DNA of 63,658 nucleotides, counting the filler, from Intoshia linei (taxonomy: Eukaryota; Animalia; Orthonectida), in the NCBI GenBank assembly GCA_001642005.1. It is 4 parts of 4 records of this genome, joined end to end, with 100 filler letters (N's around TTAATTAATTAA, not from the genome) between each part and the next. Parts side by side here need not be neighbours in the genome. Positions count along the whole stretch, not along the records: positions 1 to 30,950 come from LWCA01000358.1; 3 more parts are not named here. One strand, written 5' to 3'. Below the pieces are notes generated by a model. The model was not told where the DNA came from. It saw only the letters and a list, made by a program, of their open reading frames with translations, and searched no databases. Positions 1 through 17,700 of the stretch are shown in pieces (the stretch's first letter is position 1; every line of letters begins with the position of its first letter). The position numbers and the translations under genes were made by a program.

Positions 1-344
1 TAAATATAAAGTTTTTGTGTAACTTAACTACAATATATAATTGTAATTATAAATGACATCAATTAAAAGTCACTTTATCAAAAAAAAAATATATTTTGAG
101 TTTTGAACATTTTTAAAGTTTAATACACAACTTTTAATAATTTGCATAACAAATTGGTACAGTGTGTACTTGTAAACATTAAAGTCGATTTATGAAAAAC
201 TATGTCTATGTTTATGCAGATAGAACATTATAACTCTAACACTGCAATATAGTGAAAAGTTGGATATTTCGTAGAATTAATTAAAAAATTGGTTTACTAC
301 GTCTATAATGTAGAATCTACATGTATTATGATTGTATAACCACA

Positions 345-625
345 TAGTGTTTAATCTACCGTAGTACGAGACCATCTTAGAGGGCCCACGAAAATTTTGT
401 AAAATGGGGCCTCATCTTTCAAAATTCAGCATTAAAAACATTATATTCTTGAATATCATAACTATTATGTGTTACATTTAAAATATCAAGTCAAAAGCCA
501 TAGAGAGGTCGTTAGAGGTTTATGAGACTATGTATAGTAAATATATTATAATTTGTGAACAAAAATTTTAGGGACCTATTTTTCATTTTCGGGTTCATTC
601 TTCGAGCTTGGTAGGTTCGCCTCTG
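345..625. mobile_element. hAT-type MITE (family B)
   Basis: Perfect 8-bp direct repeat TAACCACA at 337-344 and 626-633. Degenerate TIRs (TAGTGTTTAATCTACC / GGTAGGTTCGCCTCTG). Related copies at ~19640-19865, ~23210-23280 (inverted) and ~53835-54005 (inverted). Confidence 0.75.
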
Positions 626-715
626 TAACCACATAATTATTATGTCAATGTGACATAAAGTGAAGTTTTAAAAAATAAACAATCAATTTCAAAACTTTCT
701 GTACATAAACATATG

Positions 716-1393
716 CAGGGATTGGAAATAATTGATTGCAGTCAATTATTTTGTATAAACTAATAAATTGTTTGATAAATTTTAATTTTTCAATTAATTG
801 GTTTTTTCATATAGCCGAAAAAACGAATGGTTGGATGAAAAAATTTATTAAATTTTTTATATGTACATTTATGTATATGTGTATTATGTATATATATGTA
901 TGTAGTTCAAAAATTAAATTAATAATTATACACTATAATTTATAATAATACATATTAAGGTGTCAAGTTGACACTGTCAACACATCGTTGTAGCGTATCA
1001 CAGTCTCACCATGCTTTATTAATTTCCAGAAACAATTTTATTTCCAAATTCGTAGGAAGAAATAAAATAAAATAAATAATATGAAAATACTATTTTTCAA
1101 CTAAAATAGTTTGACACTATATAATAAAATATTAACAACTTTTCATTATTTTATGCAATTTTAGAAAAATAGAAACGCGTTTGTCACCAGAAAAATGATG
1201 TATTTAACCTACTAGCTTGACTTTTATGTACTTTAAACAAACAGCATCCTAGTATATTCATTATAACCACATGGCAGTTTTTTAAAAATCATTATGATAT
1301 TGTTATCAATTTTCAATTAATTTAAATTTTTTATTTTTCATAAAGCTATTAATTGTAATTGAATTGGTTGCAATCAATTAATTCCAATCCCTG
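716..1393. mobile_element. hAT-type MITE with ~30-bp TIRs
   Basis: TIRs CAGGGATTGGAAATAATTGATTGCA ... TGCAATCAATTAATTCCAATCCCTG. Perfect 8-bp TSD AACATATG at 708-715 and 1394-1401. Confidence 0.9.
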
Positions 1394-2554
1394 AACATAT
1401 GTATGAAGTATGTCTAATAAGGATGCAATTTCTAAATATGTCTACTAGTCATTACTTATGTTGACAATTTGTTTTTTTAATTGCATTTTAATTATTAATT
1501 GTTTTTATTATTAAATTTCAAATTTGTACAATAGGGTGTCCACTTTTGATGTTTTTTATTAGAAAACCCATTTTGCATGTAGATGCCTTGTCTGCCGGTT
1601 ATTTTGTGATAATTTGATTATAATATATATTGTAAGAAATGTGTGGATTAATAATGGATGATAATGTATAGATGTAGAAATGTATTGTAAATTTAGAAAC
1701 GTTTGGACGCAACTTCTATATCAAATTTAGTAGAAACATTTTCAAAATTTAATATACATTTTGACGAAGGTAATTTTGATTTCTAAAACAATCCGTAATA
1801 TAGTTAATCCATGGTTTCTTAACCGTCGGTCACCCATAAAAAAAATCAGGTTTCTATAAACCAGGGGTTCGTAACTAGGCCATCAATAAAATTTCGAGAA
1901 CAAGTGTTTATATTTATTTTAATTTCTTTTAAATCAAGTTTGAATTAATTTTTTGAACTAAAAAATCAAATTTGATTTATTAAAAAAAAGTGACCATACT
2001 TACACTTTGAATGATTAATTAAAATCATGAATATCTTGTTCTAAGGTCTCCTTACCGATACGACCACACCATTTTTAAAAAAATATAAAAAATTTTGAAA
2101 TATTGGAAATACCGGTACTTTTTTTTGAATATGATGGTATTTATTCAGAGTCTGATTTCAATGAGTAAAAAATATTTTGTATCAATAATTAACGAAATCA
2201 GCACTTTAAAAACGTATTTCGGTATAATTTTACCAACATTGTAATAAATATAAAAATGATAATAACAAAGTTGTATTATGTTGTAGTTTTAATACAATGT
2301 TATTTTAAATTTTTTGAATATAAGTATTTAAAAATCAAAAATTGCATAGCAATGAAAAAAATCCGAAGGATTCAATTTATAAGATTTCCACCTATATCTC
2401 TTTATTGGAAATATTTAGACGTTCAAATGTACTTTTTTTTAAAATTGTAAATATCCCGAAATTCTGTTAAAATTCCCGAGCACACTCACTAATCCTGTAT
2501 ATATAAATATTACATAATTTCTGTTATTATTTTTAACATTTCATCGAAATGTAG

Positions 2555-7410
<4,856 letters not shown>

Positions 7411-9891
7411 CTATCATAGTTATTTTGATTTTATAAAGGGTGTGGGACGTTTGGATATTATCTTTATTTTCCTGTCGAGTTTGTATCATTATATTATAAT
7501 ATAATTAAAAATTATTTTTCATCGGGAATGCGTAGATTTCTCGGGTTGAACTTTTTTTTTTATATCAAATGGAATAAGCTCTATCAGAATAATCTTTTTT
7601 TTTAATTTTCGGACTGTTAATTATTTCATATTTTTTGTTTTAATAAAAAATACATGAATACTAAAATGCTTTTTTGACCGTGAAGTCGTCACTTATTCGG
7701 GATTTACATTTTTTGTGGGTGTTAACAGGATACAACTGTACCACCTGTACATTTTTGGAAATTATAGGGCTGTTTTCATTAAAAAAAGAAAAGTCATTTG
7801 GGGTTTTAGCCCTGAAGATGTAATTTTTTTAAATTCTCAAACTCGTTGGATTTTCAAAAAGAGGGAGAATTGGGGTTTTTGACCCGTAAGATGTGAGTTT
7901 GGGAGGTTGAAATTTATCTTATTATACGTCCCGGAAAAAATTGATTGAAATGTGGACTTTATAAAATTCTAAGACTGGTAATTATTTACATAAAGTGGAA
8001 CACACACACACAAACAAAAATCGCGTAGCATACTATATAAGTAAGGATAATTTTATTTTATCTTCATATTAATTATTTACTATACTATATGGACTGTTTA
8101 ATTAAGTTGTATGAGGATTACTGAGTCTAACTGTAAATAAATATAAAAATAATTTTTCGTGTAAAAATAAAATTTTTAATGTATCGATTTAGAATGAATC
8201 TATAAATAAATATTTGCAGTGAGTAGTCTCGTTAAATACTTCATTGTATAATTATTATAAAGTAGATTCAATTTATACACCTGTTAATTATGCTGNGATA
8301 CAACTGTACAACCTGTAAATTTTTTGAAATTGTAGGGCTTTTTTCATAAAAAAAAGAGTAATTTGGAGTTTTGGCTTTGAAGATATAATTTTTTTAAATT
8401 CTCTAACTCGTTTGATTTTCAAAAAGAGGGACGATTGGGGTTTTTGACCCGTAAGATGTGAGTTTGGGAGGTTGAAATTTATCTTATNTAATGTATCAAC
8501 GCGCTTCAGAGAAGTAATTTATATTGTATATATATATCTTATTTTTTTTATATATAACGTAGTTTAATGGTGATTAATTAGTTACAAACCTTTCTATAAA
8601 ATATAACTTGATTTGTGATTAAAGCATGTAGCAAGCAATGGTTATTCAATTAATATTCGACGTATTGATTGACATTGATAGAGTACTAGTTTAAGATTGT
8701 ATTCGATAACTCACGAAAACACTATTATGTATATAATATAAATTTCATAATGTAGCATATTTTTTGACATAATAAAACTTTTAATAACGTCAAATACATG
8801 TGCGTACAGTGTAAATTCTATGTGCAGAAAATGAGATACATTTCCATCTTCCTGGTCAAAATCGAAGCTACATTTATTTTAAAAAAATAAAATTATAATA
8901 TACTTGTTCAAGGATAAACAGTCTCATACCAATACGCATAGTAAACAAGGTCCGCTTTGCTCCAATAATATATTTTTTTATAGCCAATTTGGAAAAATGA
9001 GCCCTGAATAAGGGGCGCGGTGCGGTAATTTTTGCACTGTCTGTAGATTTCAATCTCTTAAAAGAAAATTTCATTTTTAATAATTAATTAGATTTCAATT
9101 TCTAAAAATTTGTTGGAATCCATATATTTATATTTAAAATTTACATTTATTATTAAATTATAACTATTAAACGTCCACCCTCGGCAAAGCTAGCTGCATT
9201 ATGTACGAAGTACATGACAGAAAAGATTGTTTTTTTCTAAAAAAAATGCAATGATTTTTTTGAATTATATTTTAATTTTCATAATTTTTGCTTGTCTTAA
9301 TTTTAGTGACGTACCCTTTGTGTACAAAAACGTAAATCCCACATTTTTGAAAATTTGACAACTATTATAATGAAATAAATAGCATCTTCCCTGATAATAT
9401 GAGGTATGAGCCGATTTAATGACGGGTTTAGGATTTTGAAGCAGGGGTGAAATAATTATTAGAGGGCTAAGCTCATATTATTTCACTCAGGATTCACTAA
9501 AATATATGATACTGATCAATCGAACTAACCACAGTATTTTTTATGTTCAAAGGTTCTTTCTAATTCAAATTTACAGCCATTTCATCTAGCAACTTTTTGT
9601 TACCGTAGTTATAATATTAACATTTTTAGGGTACTAAATAGAAAAAGGTTAAAAACTCATGACTTAAACTGACGTAAATAGTACATAGATTAATGATAAA
9701 TGATCATTATATACATAAAACGTAAACGATGAGTACTAGTAAAATTTTGTAATTTTAATTTTTCACAATGTTAATACACAATTTAAAATATTTTAGTGCT
9801 TTGTCTTGTTTAGTCCGATACGGGTCATACCGCAGTTGTTAACAATATTCAAAAATAGTTTCTTTGGACAAATATAATGACTAAAATTTAG

Positions 9892-11425
9892 ATGTTGTAT
9901 CTACCCGAATTAGTTTGTGGCATAGAAAGCAAATTTATAAACTTTGGAAGCAATTTATGGACAATAAACGTTGTAATAGAAGAAAAAAATAAAAAAAGGA
10001 GTTTTGATAATGTAAATACCACTAAAAACGAAAAATTTCAATACAAATCATGTACTTCAAAAGTAGACACATATAATTCAAAAAGCTTTCATGGAAAAAA
10101 GAAACTGGTTAAATCCCGTCCCAGTTTACTAAAACGACTGTCGTTTGATTTTGAAAAATTAAGATTAAAAAGTTGCGATCATCCTAAAAAGGATGCCAAC
10201 TTAGAGCAAAAGATGAATGCCCGCTTTTTAAACAATATTAATCCTTACAAATTTACAATAACTCAACATAGCAATCTAAATACTACCAATTTGCTAACCA
10301 TTTACTTAAAAATAAACATATTTACCCTTTCAGGTGAAACATGTTTGATTAAAGATCGATATAATTTCTTTTTTGATAGTAGACACAATACAATGACATT
10401 CAAATTAGATGAAAATCATCTGGAAAATATCATTAGCAGTTCTATAATGAACAAGGAAAAGGTAAAGTATTTAAAAAAAACTACGTCAAATTCAAAAATG
10501 TTTAATAAAAGTCTAATCAAAAAGACTAATGATGATTGTAATAAGTATAATTATTTCAGTGAAATGAAATCACTATATAATTCACCATATGGTAAATCTC
10601 GAAAATTTTCAAATAATTTCATTTCTTGTCAAGAACATGTTTGTTTTAATGTTGATGCTGTATTTGAGGTTTATTATATTAAATTTTATTACCATTTAAT
10701 TTAGAATGTAAGTAATTTGAGTCGGGTTAGAATTACGGATAAAGTAAAATATACAGTTTATGATCGTAACAATAAATTATGGAACATGTCTTTTCAAATA
10801 GAAAATGGTAGCCATCAGATTATCATGGAATATGGAGATGGAGAAGTAAACTTGTAAATTTTTGGGGTTTATTTAATTATTTTAGTTTTTGGAAAATCAT
10901 CATATTTATACGTGTCTCATTTCTTTATATTACCTTTTACCCAATAAAATATTGGAATATGATATTTTAAATTATCAAACATTTAAAACGTATAAGAAGG
11001 TAGATGGTTCACCATTTTTTTGTATTATTAGTAATAACAATTTCAAACATGTCATAACGTTGCAAAGTAAAGACAAAGATTTAATATTGGTAATTGATTT
11101 TAACCCACTGCACTGCTATGCTACTCAACCGGTGCACTGCGGTGTATCGCGAATATTTTGGTGACTATTATAATACTCGTACTATTTAATATTACAATTT
11201 CATGGATATACTGCATTAGTGTGCCGCTAGTTAAAAAATATTGATGATCACTGATTAACATTTAACTTAATTTTTTTATGCTGTTTTATATAATTTGAAT
11301 TTTTATTTTAGGTTAAAAATATAGATTTATTATTTGAATGGATTAGCACTGGAATGATGGAAAAATGTACGAATTTATCTTATAAAGAAAATTGTTCGGG
11401 CGTTTATACCAATTATAAATTATAG
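9892..11425 (+). CDS. Hypothetical protein, at least 4 exons, possible C-terminal PH-like fold; true 5' end uncertain
   Basis: 270-codon ORF spliced in frame through ~36-40 nt GT-AG introns to exons at ~10705-10845 and ~10885-11090, then to 11312-11425 (stop TAG). The C-terminus FCII...VITLQSKDK..LFEWI resembles the last strands and helix of a PH domain. Confidence 0.6.
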
Positions 11426-11448
11426 ATTCATTTTTTATTCGTTTTTAA

Positions 11449-11780
11449 AACATTTTCAATCAAAATAGTCAATAAATATAAATTTAAATTAAATTTGAAA
11501 ATCGATAGTTACATAACTTTTTGAATTAAGCCAATTGTAATTTAATTATTATGAATTTAATTGAAACTAATTTAATTTGTTCTAACGTTTATATTAATTA
11601 TAACTTATAATTAATTTTATTTGTTTTTATAACATTTTCAATCAAAATAGTCAATAAATACACATTTAAATTAAATTTGAAAATCGATGGTCACAGAAAT
11701 TTTTCAATTAATAGCAATGGCAATTTAATTATCAAGAATCTAATTTAAATTAATTTTAATTTGTTCTGGTGTTTATATTA
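11449..11780. repeat. Tandem duplication, ~182-bp unit x2
   Basis: AACATTTTCAATCAAAATAGTCAATAAATA..TTAAATTTGAAAATCGAT starts at both 11449 and 11631. Confidence 0.85.
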
Positions 11781-11989
11781 TTTTAAAATTCTAAAAAATT
11801 GATATATATAAAAAATGTTAATGCGAAGCATAATTCTGAATTTTCGTATTCATACTGACGTATTTCACGTCATACATGCCATAAAAATTTTGCTCTTAAT
11901 TCCATCCAAATGGTCCTAAAGATATAATTTTTGTTAAATTTAAATTTATGGTAATGTTTATAATTTTAAAATCCATATCAGCTTATATA

Positions 11990-12355
11990 TTTTTTTAAAT
12001 TCTCCAATTTGTATGATTTTCAAAAAGAAGGACAATTTGGGTTTTTGACCCGTAAGATGTGAGTTTGGGAGGTTGAAATTTATCTTATTATATGCCCCGA
12101 AAAAAACTGTAATTGAAACGTGGTCTTTAAAAAATTCTAAGAGTGGTAGTTATTTCAATAAAGTTTTTGACCCGTAAGATGTGAAATTGGGAGGTTGAAA
12201 TTTATCTTATTATACGGTTTTTGACCCTTAAGATGTGAAATTGGGAGGTTGAAATTTATCTTATTATACGTGGAAAAAACTGTAATTGAAATGTGGACTT
12301 TATAAAATTCTAAGACGAGTAGTTATTTAAATAAAGTGGAACACACACACAAAAA
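11990..12355 (-). mobile_element. Family A Helitron-like copy with internal amplification of a ~50-bp core
   Basis: TTTTTGACCCGTAAGATGTG...GGGAGGTTGAAATTTATCTTATTATA occurs three times (~12042, ~12164, ~12217). The copy ends in GTGGAACACACACAC like other family members. Confidence 0.7.
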
Positions 12356-12599
12356 AAAATATTGTATCCATAAAAATCTATATTATATTTATATTTAATT
12401 TCTATTGTTAGACAGCTTGTGTCCTATGATAATTTGTATCTACTCACTCTATTTGTGTATGTACTGATTAAATTAGGGTGGTCATCCTTTTACATACCAT
12501 GCGCCACATTTTTATCATACGATTCCAAATGCGGCAAATTTTTTTTGGAAAGTCCGACTACTTACGAAATTTCGCTTTCAATGCAATATATTATTAAGT

Positions 12600-12870
12600 G
12601 CTATTTGTGTATTATTTCACAAACTTAATATTAGTTTCTTATCAAATGAAAATGGATATATAAAATCGAGTATGCAGTCTTGTTTTTTAACAAAATCGCG
12701 AAAAATCCTTTTAAAAGATTGATGCAGTGGCTTCATTTTTTCTATATATTTATCCAAATTAACATTATCAGCACTATAAACCATTTGTTCTTTTAAGTGT
12801 GGAGATTGGCTCAAATCCTTATTTTCCAACTTGGAGACAAACAGATTTACCTTTATCTTTAATATTTTCC
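12600..12870 (-). pseudogene. hAT (Buster/SPIN/GTF2IRD2-like) transposase fragment
   Basis: KVNLFVSKLENKDLSQSPHLKE...KYIEKMKPLHQSFKRIFRDF...FIYPFS fits the KL.LF..QL...DL.HFP.L...F..RF.DF...PF pattern. Stops follow. Confidence 0.65.
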
Positions 12871-14701
12871 GGTATATTTTAGTTTTTAGGGTATTTATCC
12901 ACTTTCACGGAATACTGAAATAAAATGAATTATTACTTACAATTTTAAATGTAATTTTCAATTATCCTACAATTCAAATTTTAATTTATCAAAATGACTT
13001 AATGTGACACGTGTGAAGCATGCGCAATATGTAACAAGCCTGGATTAATCAATTTTATTGAAATAAGCTTCTTGTAGTAGATTCCACCAAAAATAAAATA
13101 ATCTTACATTAAAAATATTTTGACAGTTGAGAAAATGTACATGTTAGCCATTCTCTGTCATAAATTATAAAAAACGATAAATTTAAATTATATTCTACTG
13201 TTTCTTTATACGGTGTTTGTTAGTTTGTTTATATTTTCTGGATATTACAAAATTATTATAGAAAATTTAATATTAAGGCTTTATTAAGATATTGTGACGT
13301 AAAAAAATAAAATATACTATATTTTAAAATACATTCTCAAGAGGAATGAATTATAAGTACCCCAATGTTGACTAAAAGAGTAATAAAGTACTTAGTTATG
13401 TTCAGAAAATTAAACTGTATCGAATATACAATTTAAATACAACGTAAAAATAGTGCGATTAGAATTTAAATACATGAGTTAATGATTAAAATATATAATT
13501 ATTTGTGTTAATTAAAATTATCATAAATATTTAATTAATTTAAGTGTTAATTTATTAGAAAATAAAGGTGAAGCACCGTTTTGTGGTTATAATTTAAAAT
13601 TTATTAATACCATAAATGTATAACGTAAATAATAAGTTCAATTCGTAACGCCGTAACATTTTATGCGTATTTTGAACCGAATTTATAGTGTAATAGTAAG
13701 GATAGATTTTTTTGAATTTCGGAAATATCTGTTAACTACGTTCTTATCTCACTATTCAGTCTATAAAAAACCTCAATTAATTAAATATTCACAAGAATCA
13801 TCAAAAAACAGATGTTTAAATAATATCATATTTCTTGCGCGTAACGTCGTAACGGTTTTTAACTGTAAATATATGCTTTAGTATTTACTTATATGTAAAG
13901 TAGATCAAATAATCATGTTGCACGCTGTCATACACACGTTTTAAGTCTATTCATGAGTATGAATCTTGGATATTATTTCCTGTAGGTCATTTAAATGGAA
14001 ATATTTATATCTTATTGATTAGAGAATGGCTCATGTATAGATAATAATACTAATAATTATAAATGGTGCTAGCAGAATACGAAAACTATTCAACAGATCA
14101 CTCCTTTCCGACCTGCTTTACATCCAAGTTCTTAGACTGTCAAAATTCCGTTTTTTTTGGAATTTATTTTTTGTTATGATAATTTCGGTACATAAATAAA
14201 CAAAGAAATCAGTAAATTGTTAGTTCAAATATTAATTAAATAAATTTGGCATTATTCTTTGTTATACAACTTTCACATTTATATTGCATCATTAAATATT
14301 TATAGCTGAAAATTAGATTTAGAACAATGTTTCCAAAAGGATCTAAGGTTAAAAGGTTAAAGAGTACTGATCATAGTAAAGTCCAATAATTAAAAAAAAT
14401 ATAATTCTAGTATAAATTTCAATCTCAAAATTCTTTTATCTTTAATGTCAGGAAATTATATCAATATTATAATGATAACCAAAATGATGCAATTATTATC
14501 AAATTTTACTGATAGATTTGAAAAAATGAAATGAAGGATATATAAACATCCTATAACTATTGGGTACAATTAAATCATGCAATTTTTCTATATAAACTTT
14601 GGATAGTAAATACGATATTTTTATAGTATTTACTTTACAAATGTACTATCACAACAGTATGAATTATATTTAACGTATACTAAATATTAAGTCTTTAAAA
14701 C

Positions 14702-17700
14702 ATGGAAAATAGAAAATTGGATAACGTAGAAAAATTTAGAACGGTACGACATCGCAAGTTCAATGTGTATAATTACACATATATGAACATTAAAGATAAA
14801 CCGGAAGATGAGTGGAACACAAATTTTGATACTGATGTGATTTCGAGAAAGTATAATACAATGAACAAGGCAAAGTTCAATACCATGACTCAACCCAATA
14901 AATCACTGCGAAATGACGCATTATTTATTACAAAAGATGATAAATACAACACAATGACTAAAAATAAGGATAATGTGAAACATGAAAAACAAAACAGCAT
15001 TGTTTCAATCTCAAAAACATCATATAAAAGCATTGAAAACGAGCAGGAGGATTCACTTGACAGTGAAAGTAAATAATTCCTATTATTAATCATAAGATCA
15101 ATATAAAACTGAGTGAAATTAAATTAATATTTTAAACAATATTATAGTATTTATATCAATCTAGCCGGAATTCCAACAATGTCATCTCTGAAGGCAATTC
15201 ATATGAAAACGCCACGACAAGCTTTAAAAGTCACGGTGCCTTATGCGTTATCGATAAGGAAGTTTGATTCTACTCATTATTGCAATACTGACGTATCAAA
15301 CATTTTTTTTAATTAACCAAATTTATAGAAATACAATTATCAAATCCTTTTATACATGATTAAAAAGTATCGATCACCGTACATTTCCAAAATTAAAAAT
15401 AGTTTTTGCTCATTTTATTATCAATTAGGAATTCATTTTGAAAAAATTAACAAATATTATGATAATTATTTTTTTGTTTTCTTATATTTATATACCTTTA
15501 TATCACTGTTTAGCATTTAGCGCAACTTCTTCAAGTCAATTTAAACACATATTTTCATACTACTGTGGAATTAATCAGTAAAAGGTTGAACAATTTGTAT
15601 AAATATCACATCAGATATCATGATCAATTGATAAATGTCATATATTCAGTTGATTTTTCTAATTATGACGATATCAAAAATATACCTCTTAAAAATATGG
15701 TTAGAAATTTGAAAATTTGATAATTGTAAATTATATATTAATTAATGTACCCGTATAAACATTTATCGTTTCATTAATTTTCTTAAATGTTTATACACAA
15801 ATTTAATTTTTGGCAGTTTTTTATTGGAGTCATTTTTAAACATTTTTACAGGTAAGATTTCATTATTTCTATAATTACTACAACAATTATTTAAATTTTG
15901 GTGTTTTTTTGTTGGCGCCATTTTAAAATATCTTTACACAGGTAATATTTCATTAATTTCCATAATTACTATCACAATTATTCAAATTTAGTATTTTTTT
16001 ATTGGCGCCATATTTAAAAATTTTTTTAAAGGGTAATATTTCATTAATTTCTATAATTACTATCGGAATTATTTAAATTTGATACTTATTTTGTGGCGCC
16101 AATTTTAACCTTTTTTTATACAGGTAATATTTCAATATTTTTGAAAAAAAAATTTACTGATCTCAAAATTAATTTTTAATCTAGACTGAAAGATATATTG
16201 AATACATTATTTATTATATGATTAAAACCGACGATATTGCAAAATATTTATGGGATAAGAAATGCTATCATGATACTGAGAGCGAAAATATCAATAAATT
16301 GAAGGGTATGAAAACAATAATGTTAATTTAGTTATAATGTAGATATTACTTTATTTCCATTGAAAATACTGGACGCTTTTCTTGATAGTTATAACGTATA
16401 TTTATTTATATTTTATTGTTATATTTAATTATTATTTTGTTATTAGTTTTTTTTATCAATTATTTCTCTCAATTCTATATACTACGATATTTTTCAAACA
16501 GTTCGTTTTCAATTTTTCAAATATATTCAATTTTGGATGGTTATATTATACTTTGAATAAAATAATACATTTTACAGATACCTTCTGAAAATTATATAAT
16601 CAAATCTACTATAGCTTTGGAAAAAATGAGTTATGGTCGCAAAAAATTGCGATTTATTTTGATGACAAAGGAGGAACTTATTTGCTACTCTCTTAGAATT
16701 GTACCATTGAGGTAATTAATAACATAATAAGTGATAAAATTCAAGGATAAATAAATAATAATATAGCATTTATCAATCTTTTTTCTTTTGGGCACACTTG
16801 AAGTAATTAAAAAATTTTACATTGATTGGGTGAATATAAGATTTTCTGGGTCGCACACGTGCGCCAGGGCGTACCGGTTAAGAAACAATATAATTATGTA
16901 CTTAAATAATATTGCTCGGACTACATGACATCCAATTTTTTTAGATATAAATGAAATAGTTAGTCCCAGGGTTATATCATCTATAGGTCATATATATAAA
17001 TCAGTTTCTCGGTTCTTGGTTTTAAAAAACTAGTAAATTTTATATGGTTTCCTTATTCTATTGCAATAGTTAATTAAATATTTAGAACCAACAATATTGT
17101 GAGTTCCATAAACAAAGAGTGGATTATTCCATACAGCACCATACAACATTGTGATATACAACAAGGAGAAAGTAATTAAAGTTAGTATGTAAATAAAAAA
17201 TTTGAATAATTTAGAAGATGTACAGTTAAATTATAAACAAATCGAGCTAGTAAAGCAAAAATACATTGTATCTAAGCAAAAAAAGCAAGTAGGCTTTAGT
17301 GAATTTTAGCAAATATAGTGGCTTGGATGTGTTTTTTATTCGAGTTTAATTTTAAAGTAAAAAAATAATTTTTGAAGCATATCCCTAGTAATTTTGAAAC
17401 TGAGGCGTAGGGCTCTGCTAAAGTTAATGTGAGAAACACTGTATTATACTATTGTTTATTCATTACGTTTCATCGAACCAAGTTTTACAGTATTATTTTG
17501 ATACAATCGGGGAAATCAAAGAAAATAGGAAATGAAAGTTTAAAAAATCAACCATATACTATTTTTAGTGTTAATAAATAGTTATTTAAAGCATATTTAT
17601 GAAACTTGATGGAACTATATTTTACATGTTATATTATAAATTATAAGTAATAAAAATTTAGGAAAATTGCTCACCATTATCTAAATTTGTAAATTTTTAT

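Noticed and set aside
736-945. Short F/I/L/Y-rich ORFs (also 2256-2450, 5614-5898, 54827-55012, 56044-56349)
   Set aside because: They lie in MITEs or introns and have the composition expected of random AT-rich DNA.
15790-16135. CRISPR-like appearance of regularly spaced GGCGCC repeats
   Set aside because: The intervening sequences are homologous to each other rather than unique spacers. The context is a eukaryotic intron with no cas genes.
16578-16712. Suspected frameshift in the PH exon of the BCR-like gene
   Set aside because: Recounting the A runs shows a continuous frame (LEKMSYGRKKLRF).
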